This document shows, piece after piece, positions 21,201 to 36,200 of a stretch of DNA of 64,000 nt. Both the position numbers and the translations under genes were made by a program. The notes under the pieces were generated by a model. It worked only from the letters and a program-made list of their open reading frames with translations. It did no database searches and was not told where the DNA came from. Source of the stretch: Perna viridis (lineage: Eukaryota); assembly GCA_037379345.1 (NCBI GenBank), contig CM074515.1, positions 2,666,001 to 2,730,000 of the forward strand, given 5' to 3'. Positions within the stretch are counted from its first letter, which is position 1, and the number at the start of each line of letters is the position of its first letter.

Positions 21201-24200
21201 AGTAAAAAAATAAATCTTACCTTACTACCTCTCTCTTACTGTTACAGGTGTCCATTGTATTACGATCTACCAGCTGAATGTACACTGGTTCAGAACCCAT
21301 CTGAATGTTGTCAGCAACCTGTCTGCAATTTTAACCAGCAAATACAGACATTCACTAGCAATTCTCTTGGTAGACTTCCAAGTGGTCTAGGTAAGTTGTT
21401 ATTTTTGTGCTATTATCTCTCAATGACGGTTCAACTTCTGAAGCCAACGAATCATAGTTGAAGATAATAGACTATGGCCCTTGATGGTCTTACATCTTTT
21501 ATACACATGTATTTCCATGAACTATATAGTGGTTGTTGATATTTTCAGCTGTATGTGCTTATAAACAAGGACAGTATATCCAAGGTCAGACATGGCAAGA
21601 TGGCTGTGACTTTCAGTGCTCCTGTGTCAACGCTCAAACTGGAGAATACAGATGCCAAGACCTGTAAGCAATTATTACCATCAGTTCTCTTGTTTCCTTA
21701 AATCTCTATTATAATAGAGTATGTTGACCACACCGCTCTTGGCGGTGAAATAAAATTCTGAAGCTGTTCTAAAGTTATTTTCAGAAGGAAAAAAGCAGAA
21801 AAAATTACATTGCGTTTCAACAGTCAAACAGTCTTTCTGAGCTGCAGCACACACATTGAGGCAAGTAAGTCAGCTGCCTCTCCATAATTATGACCGTATA
21901 TAATTTTCATTTTTCATAAGCATAATTTTAACTGAGTTCATGGAGTGAGAACAATACTTTATTAAAATTGTCTGAGTTTTTATAGCTCGATAAGTACACG
22001 TTACTCAGACAGTGATCTGATAAGTATGTTTTCCGTAACTAGAATTACAGGGCCGACAAAGCAATGCAATTTTTTTTTCATTTGGGGGTATTTGTGAAAA
22101 AAGAAAAATTTCCTGCCTCGCTTCGCTCGGCTTTTTATATTAGTTACTCCCCACAACATGTAATTCTTCATCCACCGCTGGTTTGACTTCAGCCAGAGAA
22201 AACATACCTTATATATGTCCTTGTTACTAGTTTTATTTACTTTAATAGTCACTGAAATAATGAAATAAGTTTTTCTTCATTGAAAATTTGAATAAAAACT
22301 TGAAAAAAAATTCTGGCATTTTAAAATAGAAAATACTTGGAAGTGGTCTAAAGACACCTGCTGATTTTTTCTTGTCTCGCTCAGCAAAAGTATCTTGCAT
22401 CACTATGACAAAATGCTTCAGCTACAACCTTGACCTTCAAATTACATTATTTAATTAGTGCATGTATAATAATTGCTTCTGAGTAAAATCTGTGTTAAGA
22501 ATTACTTGATTCTTACATGTATCTTTAACTTCCTTCCAAAGACTTTCCCACCAGGGAAAAATAGTTGTGTCTGTTGTTTCATTCCCCGGTAGGTGGTTGC
22601 CCCACGAATAGCTGCTTCACTGTTGAGTCGATAAAGAAAACACATACGAGGCTCTTATTTGACAAACTATTTTTTATGAACTGCTGTTCTGCCAAATATT
22701 CAGTTTAAATTGTAAGTCTCTGTAAGAATCAGGCTAAATGGAAAAAAAAATCAGAAACATGCATGTAATAAACCAAATCTCTTTTGGGATGTCAGAGCTT
22801 GTCCAATCAGGGGCGGATTCAGGATTTGAGTTTTTTTTTTTTTTTTTTTTATGGGGGGGGGGGCATTAATTGAATCAAATGCCATGAAATGCAAGACAAA
22901 AATATTATGGGAAGAAACTTGTGGTGAAAAATATATATAACATAAAAGTAGCCATTTGTCTTTAAGGGTGCCTCGCTTCCAACTCATTTTTTTTTTAAAT
23001 ATGAAATCAGCATATATTGTTTTACCAGTGATGTAGTTTGCATATACTCAGATGAATGGTACACCACTGATTACTATTTACTGCAATGTGATCACTTCAC
23101 AGAGGATGAATCAATTGTGACATCACTAGGATGTATTATACAGCTTAATTAATTTATGACATTACTAGGCTTTATTACATGGTTTATCTGTTGATTATTT
23201 CAGTTAATTTTTGGTTTTATATAATAATGTTTTTATTTTGCCAGTTGCCCTACCTATGGTTCTGTTCCACCTTATTGTCACATGACCAAGACAGATGGAG
23301 AATGTTGTGCTAAACCTGTATGTGATTTCACCACTCAACAAGGAAGCTTTACTGGAACTGGATCTGTCAGTGGAAAAGGAGTTGGTATGCATCAGATGGT
23401 TGTAGAATCTAAATTGGCTCATTTTTATTTTAAAAAAAACCTCCTTAACATTTGTTAATGAAATAGTTCAGGGAGCTCGGAAGTAGAAGTGGTATTATAT
23501 TTAGATGTTTAAGTTCATTTTTTTATCTATATAAGTATCAAAGTTTCATTGCTCCTGTCAATACATTGTTTTGTTCTTTGTATCAATATGATATGAAAAT
23601 AACACTTTTAAATAGACAATTTACACTAGGGTTTTAACCCTTTCCATCATAATGGCGCCTTTTGACGCTCCTAATTATAGGACACTCTCCCTTTTTTCTA
23701 GGGCTTGTAGTGGGCTAATGCACAAATTTCTCTGTACCTTTTTTGGCTAACTTAATTGGAAAGGCTTTTAACTAAAAAAAAACTTACTATTTTTCATGCA
23801 GTTGGGGACCAAAAAGAAATCTTGCAGGGGACAGGAAAATCTGGAGGCCTGACAGCTTTGCAAAATAGCCTAAACAATTTTTCATTAGCTATATTTTCTG
23901 GATTTAGCAGGTTTCTGACCCTACCATTTCATACTGATTTTTTTTTTAATTTAAAAGTCAAGTTTCAGTGAAAAGAATTGTCAAAAAATGCATTTTTCTG
24001 CCCCTTTTTGATCCCCTGCTGTCTCCATGGTAACCATAAACATGTCATCGCAACTTTTTTTCTGAAAACATTTTGCTAGTTAATACCTCCTCCAAATTTA
24101 AGCTTATTTGGACTAAATTTGAAAAATCTAGAACATTTTCAATATTTGGCTTGAATCACTTGTGTAAAAAAATGACACATCAGCTAAATCCCATAAAGGA

Positions 24201-27200
24201 AAGGATTAATTTTGCTAATGTCAAAAAGAGCTAAAATTCAGAGAATTAGATATGTGAAATAATCCCTGTGAAAATATTCAACTTTATTTGTTACACAACA
24301 TAACTAAAAAAAAAACAAAACATTTGAATCCTAGTAACTATTTTAAAGAATTATGACAGTGTCTGTCCCTGATGTACATTGTCAGACACATGTTAAAATT
24401 TCAATCACTAACATGCACTATTTTAGACAAATATGAGTCAAAGGACACAGTAATAAGTGGAATTACTATTATTGTAATGCATAGCATGTCTCTTGAGGAA
24501 ACAGTTTCTATGCCTCCATATTTTTTTGCAAATATTTAAAAAAAAAATAGACCATTGACATCTGAGAAGAACTGCAAGTTTTGTTTCTTTAATATGAATA
24601 TGCTTGGAAGCCCTTGTGGTACCAAAAGCTGCAAAATGGATGGTTAAAGTTTGAAGCCATCAACAATAAAAAGGTGAAAGGACATCATGATATCTAAGAA
24701 ACCTTTTTTTTTTTTATTAATTTCTGTCAAATCACTCCTTCTTTCGAAAACTTGTCCATTTTCAAGTTTCCTGACTATTTCATTTGCAGAATAATAAAAA
24801 TAATAGTAGTAATGAGAAATTAAAAAAAAATCAGTCACAAAAATATGTTTTGGCAGTTTAAGTGTTATACAAAACCCTCTAAAAACAAAATGTTCTCCTT
24901 TTTGTTGTTCACTCTCACATGTTCAGTGTGATATTGTTGGAATCAAATCTCAAACATCAGTGATGCAGATACAAAATTTGAGTATTGGCCAGTTGCAAAT
25001 GCAATTCAAATTTCTGCGGCCATTCTTTTAATATTTTTGTGTTAAAAATTCTGATTTTAATTGGGCATTTTCAGCTTTAATGTGATGAATTGCTTGTTCC
25101 CTTATCATACTAATCATTGCACTTGCATAGTTTCCTGATAAGTAATACTTCTACTGTTACAGCTTTAACCCCAACAACACCTGCCCCATGTGTAAATGCC
25201 ATTGCCAACTGTGAGAGGTATGGTACAGATGTGTGCAATAACTTTGCTGGATGGGCTAGTGACAACTGTAGGAGTTACTGTGGACTCTGTAGTATGTTTT
25301 AATAGGAAAAGCATTTTCATTTATATAGAGAATATTATCAAGTTAATTTATATTTGAACCTTAAAAAATAGTAGTTTCTGTACAGTTTAACTCTGAAGTG
25401 GCATAAACTTCTCTAGTTAATGCAACTCCCTCCCAACTAAAGGTAATTATAGTCCCTCCCAACTAAAGGTAATTATAGTCCCTCCCAACTACAGTTAATT
25501 ATAGTCCCTCCCAAGTAAAGGTAATTATAGCCCCTCCCAACTAAAGGTAATTATAGTCCCTCCCAATTAAAGGTAATTATAGCTCCTCCCAACTCCAGGT
25601 AATTATAGTCCCTCCCAACTAAAGGTAATTGTAGTCCCTCCTAACTACTGGTAATTATAGTCCATCCCAACTAGAGATAATTATAGTCCCTCCCAACTAA
25701 AGATAATTATAGTCCCTCCCAACTAAAGATAATTATAGCCCCTCTCAAATGAAGGTAATGGTAGTCCCTCCCAACTACTGGTAATTATAGTCCATCCCAA
25801 CTAGAGATAATTATAGTCCCTCCCAACTAAAGATAATTACAGCCCCTCCCATCCAAAGATAATTATAGTCCCTCCCAACTAAAGGTAATTATAGTTCCTC
25901 TCAACTAAAGGTAATTATAGTTCCTCTCAACTAAAGGTAATTATAGTCCCTCCCAACTAAAGGTAATTATAGTCCCTCCCAACTAAAGGTAATTATAGTC
26001 CCTCCCAACTAAAGGTAATTATAGTTCCTCTCAACTAAAGGTAATTATAGTCCCTCCCAACTAAAGGTAATTATAGTTCCTCTCAACTAAAGGTAATTAT
26101 AGTACAGCCTGTATTGTATAAGTTTAAGTAAAAAATAAGAATGATAACTCTATTCAGACTGGTGCTATTGTTGTAAAAATGATCCATAATCTAATAAAAG
26201 AAAAACTAAAAAATTAAAAACCCAACAAAACATTGATTTTATATTAAAATAAATTAATTTAACTTATGGAAATATCTCCATCAATTCACATCTGTTTGTA
26301 TATCCTATGTTTACTGTTGGAGGGATTATTTTTATGAATAGGGGTGTTAAATTTTCAGTCCATATTATTCATGTCCATGGATACAGACTAAGAGAGATAA
26401 GTGTATATATTTGGATTTAAATTTTGCAAGCTTTTCTTTCCATGATTCCCAAATCTTCATAAATAAAGTGAAAATTTTATGCTAAACGGTAATACTTAAC
26501 TTAACAGTACTTGTACATTGAACACAATTTGAAGGAATTATGAATAAACTTAGTTAAAATATTTTTCAGATGTGAAACCAACACCGGGACCTGAAGGTAA
26601 TTAAAATTTCTACTTTAGTCCGAACAAAACTTACCCTGAGTTTTTTTTGTCAGTATATATAAGTGATGAGTTTGTTCCTACATCCTGATTTATTTTTTGT
26701 TAGTACTGGTACATATAAGTGGTTAATTTGTTCCTTTATCCAGATAACTGTTCATTATACTGAGAAGGCACATTAAAGGGGAAACTGATCCTTGCAGGGT
26801 CACACTCCCCCCACATAATAATAGTCAACTCTGCTGTGGCTTTATGTTTTGATTTGGGGCTGGTGAAAATGGTATTAAAATACATTATTTTTAAAACAAA
26901 GATAAGTTTCATGAAATACAGTTAAAATTACTTTTATGAAAAGTAAATATCATACAAGGTCAAATTTTAGTGCTTCAGTTTGCTCTTTGGATACTATAGC
27001 CATTTTAGTAAAACACAATGCAGGCAGTTCAAATTATTATATACTAAAGTTTCTAAAGGAAACTTCCAACCAGCAAACTTAATACTAGTAGGTATTGGAA
27101 AAAGTGAAATAAAAACAACATCTAAAAAATTTGTTTAAACAGGTGGGTTTTAAGGAGGTAGACCTAGGGTAAGGGACATAACTCTTGAAATCAGTGATGT

Positions 27201-30200
27201 ATTTGTATCATATCAATTTTACCCAAAGCCTATCAACCTTTCATATGAAACAGAATGAAATCAGTCCAAGTTACATTGATACATACATGAGATTGATGTA
27301 AAATGCTCAATACAAACAATCCAATGATTTGTATGAGTTGTGTCCCTTACCCTAGGTTCATTTTGTAAACATCCAGTGAATTTCATTGCATAGTTCTGAT
27401 GAAATATTGATATAAATCCCCTCAAAGGTAGGGTATTTTTTTCAGCTTGCTGACAGTATTTTTAATTTAATTTTCTGTGTATTTATGCACTCTGCAAAGA
27501 CAGTTTAGCAGTACAAAAGAATCTGCTTGTATCTCTTTCATCTGTCTGTCTGTTTATTAAATGTTTTGGCAAAGCAGCTCCCACTAAAATGTGGAGAGGA
27601 TTTAGCACCATATAGATGCACATCAAGCATGATGATGTTCACTGGATATTTACAAAGTGAAATAATTTGAATTTTTGATATTTTAAACACTCATAAATTG
27701 TTTGTTTTTGTTTTCTCTTTGTTTCCTGGTCAGCCAATCAAATTTCCTCTTTCATGATATTGAAAGCATTAATCAAAGGGATAAACCTGAAGAACTGAAT
27801 AGAAAGTAGAATGGAGTGTTGTTGGATCATACATTAATACGTTTTCTATTAATTTCCTTTGCTTTGGAATTATCCCTTAGATTATGGTCATTATTGGTAT
27901 TTTTTTATCTCGGGTTACCCTTCTTCTCCATTTTGACAGAGAAATGTATGTTTGATGGACGTGAATTTGGTCAGAATGAAGGATGGATGTTGAGCTGTGA
28001 TACTAAATGTGTCTGTGAGGATGCCATCTATGGATACTACAGATGTACAAATATGTAAGTTTTAACTACAGCTCTGCCTTAAAACCAGACAGAAGCTTAT
28101 GATAATTGATTCAAGCTTGTTAATTTAAAAATATCTTTTGATTGGATATCCTTCAGATGGCCTCTTAGAAACTGAATTCCACAATGAAAGTGCAAATGAA
28201 AGTTGGTCAGTGGAGATATCAACACTTAAAGTTTAGTTATGTTATGCTATAGAAAAATATGTAAAATTTTCCCGTCACAATTTTTTGCAGACAAAGTCTT
28301 TGAATCATTACTCCCTATTTTTGAATGGTTTTCAATGAAACTTCATATTAAAGTTAGAGATCATATGTAGGTGATCAAAGTAATTATCACTGAATGCTTT
28401 GAATCAATCCAACAGCAGGTAACTGTAAGTTAACACAGTTCTAGTTTTCATTGGAAGTTGATTTCTCACAAGTCAAGAGTAGTTTATAGGCCATTTCTTT
28501 TATTATGAAATGTTTTATTGTATACAAATTTTAAAATGATTTAATATATATGGACAAACATTTTTTTTGCTTGAGTGGAATTTGAGTTGGAATTTTTTCT
28601 ATACAGCTGTCCTAAGTACAGTAACTTGCCTGCTGGTTGTTATGAGACAAAGAGATCAGGAGATTGTTGTGCTTCAGTTCAGTGTGATTCTGGAACCATA
28701 CTTACCTCCACAAATAACCTCAATACCATTGGTAGTGGAGGTTTGATATCTGTTAAGAATCCTACCCAACCTCAGGTTTTCCCAACTGCCCCAGGTGGTT
28801 TAAAACCACAGCCTGGAACAGGAGGAACAGGAATGCAGGCTCCATCACTACGTAAGTTATACAGTCTCCATCAGGCATCATCCCTGAATAAGTGTTGTAG
28901 ATTCCTCACAGTTTTCATCACTAAGTAAGTTCTGTAGTCTACCCACAGGCTCAGTTACTCCGTAAGATCTGCAGTCTTCCTACAGTTGCCATCACTCCAT
29001 TTGTTCTGTAGTCACCTCTTAGGTGTTTCTAAGGTCTGCACAGTCTCTATGGAATATTCCATCCCTTAAGTTCTTCAGTATTATTGTTATTAAGTGGTCT
29101 AGAACACATAACTTCACATCTAGTGATGGAATGCAATGAGCACTTTGGAAAATATCTGATGAATTATAGTTCAATAAAATATGCATGAAAATAAATTTCT
29201 TTGTACATGTAAAGTCTAAGCAGAAGTTTTGAATTGTTTGATTTCAGGTGGATGTTTGTACAAAGGACATATGTATCTACAGGATCAGATGTGGGAAGAT
29301 GGATGTCAGTTCAGCTGTGTTTGTAAGAGTGCTCAAAATGGTTACTATGAATGTTCTACAAAGTAAGATTACCAACATCTCTAAGCTGAAAAATATTCTC
29401 CAATCTGTCTGCACTTATACATAAGCTGTAGATAAAAAAAATTGAGCTGATTATTCTTTTCTGTCATCTTACAAAAATCATACAAATATATGTATTTTCA
29501 ATTAATTAATAGTGTGGTCTAAAGAGCTTTGAAGCATGTCATGTTAGAAATACACATGGATATGTGTTGACTATGTAAAAGTGAAACAATTTTGCTGTAA
29601 ATGAGTGATTGCAAAAGTCACACAAAATCTAGTTGTATGGTAGGTATTTTTTATTTAACATAGAAATCAGTACAAGTTGCCATGTTTCTTTTGAAGATGC
29701 CCAACATATCCCAACCTTCCTGTTGGTTGCCACCTTGAGACTGATGACAGTGAGCCATGTTGTCAGAAACCAGTTTGTAATGATCCCAAAACTCCAGTGA
29801 TTCCTGTGTTTGGTCAGGGAACAACAGGCCATGGTGTTGTCAGACCACCAAGTGTCCCTGATCTGTTCCCAAAATTACCATACACAATTACATACCCTAC
29901 ATTGTATAATAAAACAGTTGCTCCACCTACTGCCAACCCTGGAACTATCAAACCAGTCATTGGTATGTTAAATACTGTGTTACGGTTTTGTTGAAGACAC
30001 ACACAATGTGTATTATCATCAGAAGTTTGGATTATGTTATATGAAATATTTTTGCCTAATTTTGAATTAGTTGGGGAGGGGAGGTATTCTGAAAAATCAG
30101 TACAGTCCAACCTTTTTTCAGGGACCTTCGGACAGAGAGCAAAATCATGGCCAAATAAGAGTGGTGGTCTTTATATACATGTTAATTTTACATAGGGATA

Positions 30201-33200
30201 TTACCAGTATTGTCATAACCTTTTAAAACAGGTTAATGCTGAAAACAAGTGGTTGCTTAGACCAGTTTAATCATCAATAGATAAAATGCCAAGAAAGCAG
30301 AATATGTTTATACATTTTAATAGAAATACGCTATATGCCAATTTTGGACAATTTCTATCCTTACAACAATAATTTAATTATGGTCAGAATGTCTTTTTGA
30401 TTGGTTGACATTTTAAGTTATGGTCAGAATGTCTTTGATTGGTTGACATTTTTAATTACAGTTATAATGTCTTTTTGATTGATTGACATTTTAAGTTAGG
30501 GTCAGAATGTCTTTTTGATTGGTTGACATTTTAAGATATGGTCAGAATGTCTTTTTGATTGGTTGACATTTTAAGATATGGTCAGAATGTCCTTTTGATT
30601 GGTTGACATTTTTAATTTTCAGAATGTCTTTTTGATTGGTTGACATTTTTAATTACGGTTAGAATGTCTTTTTGATTGGTTGACATTTTAAGTTATGGTC
30701 AGAATGTCTTTTTGATTGGTTGACATTTTAAGTTATGGTCAGAATGTCTTTTTGATTGGTTGACATATTTAATTATCAGAATGTTTCTTTGATTGGTTGA
30801 CATTTTAATGTTGTTTGCTGACTCCTTCAATAAATTAAGAATTAAACTTTAAGGAATGACTGAAGTATTTTTTGTCTCTTTTTTAAATAACTTCAATGTG
30901 TATGGTGCATATTTAGAAATAACTTGCTTGATTATATGACTCTATGTATTTTGTATAGGATACTGTGAATACAAGGGACAGAGACATCTTCAGGGAGAAA
31001 ACTGGGATGACGGTTGTGACTATAAATGTGTGTGTGAGGATGCCTCTATTGGACGGTGGAGATGTAAAGAGAGGTACACATTATCTAAGACATACAGTGA
31101 TTTCATCTAGGTGTCTGCACCATTACAGTTCTTTGAAAATATTGTGATGTCATTTTTTATGCTATACTTAGAAATTTTGTGCTTTTTCAAAACATTAGAT
31201 AAAGAAATTGAAAGATAAAATATGAAAGTTTTTATCAGGTTAAAGTTGAGGGAAGACTCCTTGTAAGAGTTATTGTCCTTGAAAGGCAAAAAAATGGTTT
31301 TTTTTTGCTGATTTTATCTTAACTTCTTGAAAAGTATAATAGATAGTAAAAAACTTTTAATTAATAAAATGTTTCTTATGGTACACAAGCAAATGTGCCA
31401 CACATGAGAATCATATGGTTTGCATCGTATGATTATCATATAAATCAAGCACAATATGATAATCATATGTTTCAGTATACATAGGATTATCGCATGATTA
31501 TATGATTATCATATGAATCGAGCACCATATGATTATCATATGTGGCACATTTGGCTGTGTCAAACCTACAAAAATCTCCACAGTTTAAAGTTGTAGGAGG
31601 ACTTCATTAAAATTTTTGGCCTTGAAAGGTGCAAAAATGAACGAAGCGATTAAGGCCTATTGGAGCATCTAGTTTTACATAAAATGTTATGTTTTAATGA
31701 TGTAAATAATTTGATATTTAGTGAATTTTGTAGAAAATGGTAATTTGACAGTGATTTCAAGGATCTGTTGAAAGTTTAAAAAAAATAATGATATGGGTTT
31801 TATGGTATATCACATGTATGCTATGGACTGGACTCTATTTATTTCCAGATGTGTTAAATACAACAACTTGCCACAACAGTGTCGTTTAGTTACATCTCAA
31901 CTTGATGCTTGTTGTAAGGATCTACTTTGTGACTTCACAGCTATCGTGAACCATATCACAGGAAAACAGACTGTCACACCAAGGCCTATCACAACAACAC
32001 CTAAACCAACTTCTCCTGCTCCAAGTAAGTCATCTTTTTATGCTTAAACCAACTTCTCCTGCTCCAAGTAAGTCATCTTTTTATGCTTAAACCAACTTCT
32101 CCTGCTCCAAGTAAGTCATCTTTTTATGCTTAAACCAACTTCTCCTGTTCCAATTAGGTCATTTTCTACATCTTAAAGTGCTTTCAAAAAATCTAACACA
32201 ACAACTTACGTTGACTCTTATAAATAATTTTGTTTTTCTTATAGTCTTCCTTAATTATGTTGTCCTACCAAAGACTACCAAAATCTTCAAAATGATAGTA
32301 TATTTAAATACCATATAACCTTTTGTATATGAATTGTACTATATTCTCATAGTCTGCTGATGTAAAATGGCAGTAGGAATCCTCCTTAATGTTAAAATAT
32401 GTTTTGCAACAGAAATGTGTGTCTATGGTGGCAGAACTTACTCAGAAAACCAAGTATGGTATGATGGTTGCAAATACAGATGTACCTGTGATAATGCTCA
32501 ACATGGATTCTACAGGTGTACTAACAGGTAAATACGGGTGTTCTGCTGGTAAATGTAGATAAAGGTAAAAAAAAATAATACAGTAATCACAAATCAGAGG
32601 GACAAATTTAATAATACACAAACTAGCTAAGTAAAAAATAAATCTTAAATGGTAAAATAGTAGTCAACTAGATTATTTTTTTTTTTAGTTTTTATAAGCT
32701 CTTGAAATACTCTTAACTTTAGAAGTACTAATATAATTTTCTGTGAAGTATTGTTTATTGGCATCCCCTGTCATGACAGAGATATATAGATGATGTACTA
32801 TAGTATTAAGTAAATAATAGCTGTATGTTCTAATATTTACCTTTTTATCCACAGATGTCCAGAGTATCAGAATGTACCTGCTGGTTGTACAATGGTACCT
32901 GATTCCCAGGACCCAGCTTGTTGTAAGGTACCAAGTTGTAACTTCACCCCTGCTCCTGGTGGTAATACTGGAGTTGTAACATTGTCCCCTGCCTCATTCC
33001 AGGGATCTGGTACTGGTACAGGAAACATTGGTAAGTATACTTAATCTATTAACACAGGATGGTAAATATCTGTCCGGTCTTAAATTGTAGTAACAACAGT
33101 AACCAATATATGTGTACAAGTGCTATAAGGGAAAATGTGAAAATTGATTTAACAAGTGTTTGAAAGATTATAAAAAATAGTCTGATGTAGGATTTTCTAT

Positions 33201-36200
33201 ATCTCCCTATGAGTATACAATATTTGTGGCTGATGCATGGAAGGTGACACAATTACATTCTGTTTTGATAATTTTCACAAGTTACTGTTCATTTTGTACA
33301 TCTTACACAATATTAAAGATACTGGTACAGGAAACATTGTATGTAATAAAACACAATATTTAAGTTAATGAAATGTTGAGTTTTCAAACAAATTATTAGC
33401 ACATTGTAATATAGCTTTCTATTCCTTATATTAAGTTGAACTGAGAAATTAGTCTATATAAGATGTGTTATTGTTATGATTGTGTTTTCACTATAAGGAT
33501 AGGTTGTGATACCATTTTTCTTATTTTTAGGTTACTGTTTGTACAAGGGTGTTCAGTACCAACAAGGACAGAAATGGGATGATGGATGCCAATATAAATG
33601 TGAATGTAAAGATGCTAGATCTGGTCTATACCAGTGTGATGAAACGTATGTGTAAAATGACAATGATTAGTTGGTTTTGTGATATATATATCTGAGGTAT
33701 TTGGACATTCCTGTATCCATAGTCAGGATACATACCGTAGCTTCTTACTACAATTTGATATAGAAATTAAGTAAGTGGTATAAAACATTGGTTTTCAGTG
33801 GGTTAACATCATAAATTGATTTGTGTTTTGAACTTTTGAGTTAAATTAAGATGTACTTCTTAACTTTTTCTGAACTTTTCAAATATGTTTCTTCAGTTTT
33901 ATTAAGAATCCTGTTATACTGGTATACACTATTGCTGCTCGGACGTTAAACCCCAACAATCAATCAATACTGGTATACATGATTTATTGAATGTTTCATT
34001 TTCAGTTGTCCCCGATATGGTAACCTGCCTTACCCTTGTAAACTTATCACAGACTTCAGAAACCCATGTTGTAAGGTTCCTGATTGTCAGTTCAATGGAA
34101 ATGTTGGTGAAATTACTGGAACTTTAACCCCAGCTCCAGGTCTGGGAACTACTCTAGTCCCACCAATACCAGGACAGAAACCCAAAGTAACACCAGCACC
34201 AGTTCTCAGTTAGTCATATTCTTTCCACTTTATTGTTTTTTGAGATTGTAAGCTTACAATGCTCTGGTACCAATCGGAACTCCTCAGCCTTTCTAGTTAC
34301 ACTAAAGAAAAAACTCAGAGGCACTAGGTGAAAGAATCTGTCCGGAATTTGACTGATTAGATTCTAAAATTATTGTCGTACTGGTTAAAATTTCTACCAT
34401 TACTTTTTTCCTAGCTCCTCGCTTCACGCCAAAATTCTTGACAGAGTTCTTTATTTCTAGTGATATCTAACCAATTTTTTAGCACCACCTGGTGGATAGA
34501 ACTACTTTGAGTCGTGTATGACTATGATTCTGGCAATTTTTTCAAGAAAGTATTCTCCTTTCTGCATCCATGATTATTTTTTAGTGTAGGGAAAATGGCT
34601 GAGTAGTTCCAGTTGCTCTGGTACAAGTAAGGTATTCATTGATTCTTACATAGTTACTACCAGAGCTATTGTAAGCTTTCATTTGGAAAGTCTATGGAAA
34701 AATTGTTTTTTGATTAACTTCTTGTTTTGTTTATTTATATGGAATAATTGTAATTGAAAATTATGTCTGAACAGTTTTTTTCTTTTGAAAATTAAGGTCA
34801 AAATCTCAATATAAATGAACTGCTGATATATTGTCCTAAATTTGAAATATTTTGTAATATAAATATGTTATATTCTTATTGTTTAGACTACTGTTTGTAC
34901 CGTGGTGTGAAGTACTACCAAGGACAGACATGGGATGATGGATGTGACAAGAGGTGTAGATGTGATGATGCTACCAAGGGATATTATACTTGTGATGACA
35001 GGTAACAGGACGTAGAATTCAGAAACTGTATTGCATTCTGGCATTGATATTGTTCATGACATTACTAATTGGTCACTGCATATTTTATAAGTAGACTAAG
35101 ATGGCACAACATTATTTACAAGGACTAAGTTGAATTTCTGAGTTGATCCTTTGTAACTGAATAGGTGATCAATTACTGAATATTAAATGCAAAATATTAA
35201 AGACGAAACATAAAATGATGTTAAGTTGCTATTAATGTTGAGGGGAGGGTTTATGGTGTACAATTGAGGAGAGGGTTGTACAGTCAAGAAAGGGGTTTAC
35301 TGGTGCAGTTGAGGGAGGGGTTTATTGATGTACAGTTTTAAAGAGGTGTCATATGTACAGTTAAGGGATGGATTACTGATGTACAGTTATTGGAAGGGTT
35401 TAACAATGTATGGTTTTTAAAGGGTTACTGATGTACAGTTTTAAAAGGGTTACTGATGTACAGTTGTAAAGAGATTAATGATGTACAGTTTTAAAAGGTT
35501 TACTGATGTACAGTTTTAAAGAGGTTGCTGATGTAAAGTTAAGGGAAGGATTACTGATGTACAGTTAATGGAAGAGTGTAACTGTTTAGTATTAAAAGGG
35601 TTACTGATGTACAGTTTTAAAGAGGTTACTGATGTACAGTTAAGGGAAGAGTGTAACAATGTTTAGTATTAAAATGGATTACTGATGAACAGTTTTAAAA
35701 GCGATTGCTGATGAACAGTTTTAAAAGGGATTACTGATGAACAGTTTTAAAAGGGATTATTGATGAAAAGTTTTAAAAGGGATTACTTATGAACAGTTTT
35801 AAAGAGGTTACTGATGTACAGTTTAAAAAGGATTACTGTTAAGGGAGGGGTTTACTGATGTACAGCAAAGGGTACTCAGATATGAAAATTCAGATATTAA
35901 TTGAATGGTAACAAACATGTCTTTATCATATTATTTTTCAGATGTCCAAAATACAACACATTACCAAAAGAATGTCAACTTATAACTGACCCTTCAGATC
36001 CATGCTGTCAGAAGCCACAGTGTGACTTCCAATCCATACTTAAAAACATAACTGGTACAGTACCACCTAATCTGATTCCCACACTTGCCCCACCAGCCAG
36101 AGTAACTGGACAAGTCAATACACCAGCTCCTACCCCAGGACCAGGACCAACTCCCGCACCAATTAGTAAGTAACTTGAATCATTTTACACATTTCCATCC

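Noticed and set aside
25425-26103. Regular 26-45 bp repeat arrays (also 30375, 45385, 57124) as CRISPR arrays
   Set aside because: Units are head-to-tail with no unique spacers, there are no cas genes, and they lie in eukaryotic introns.
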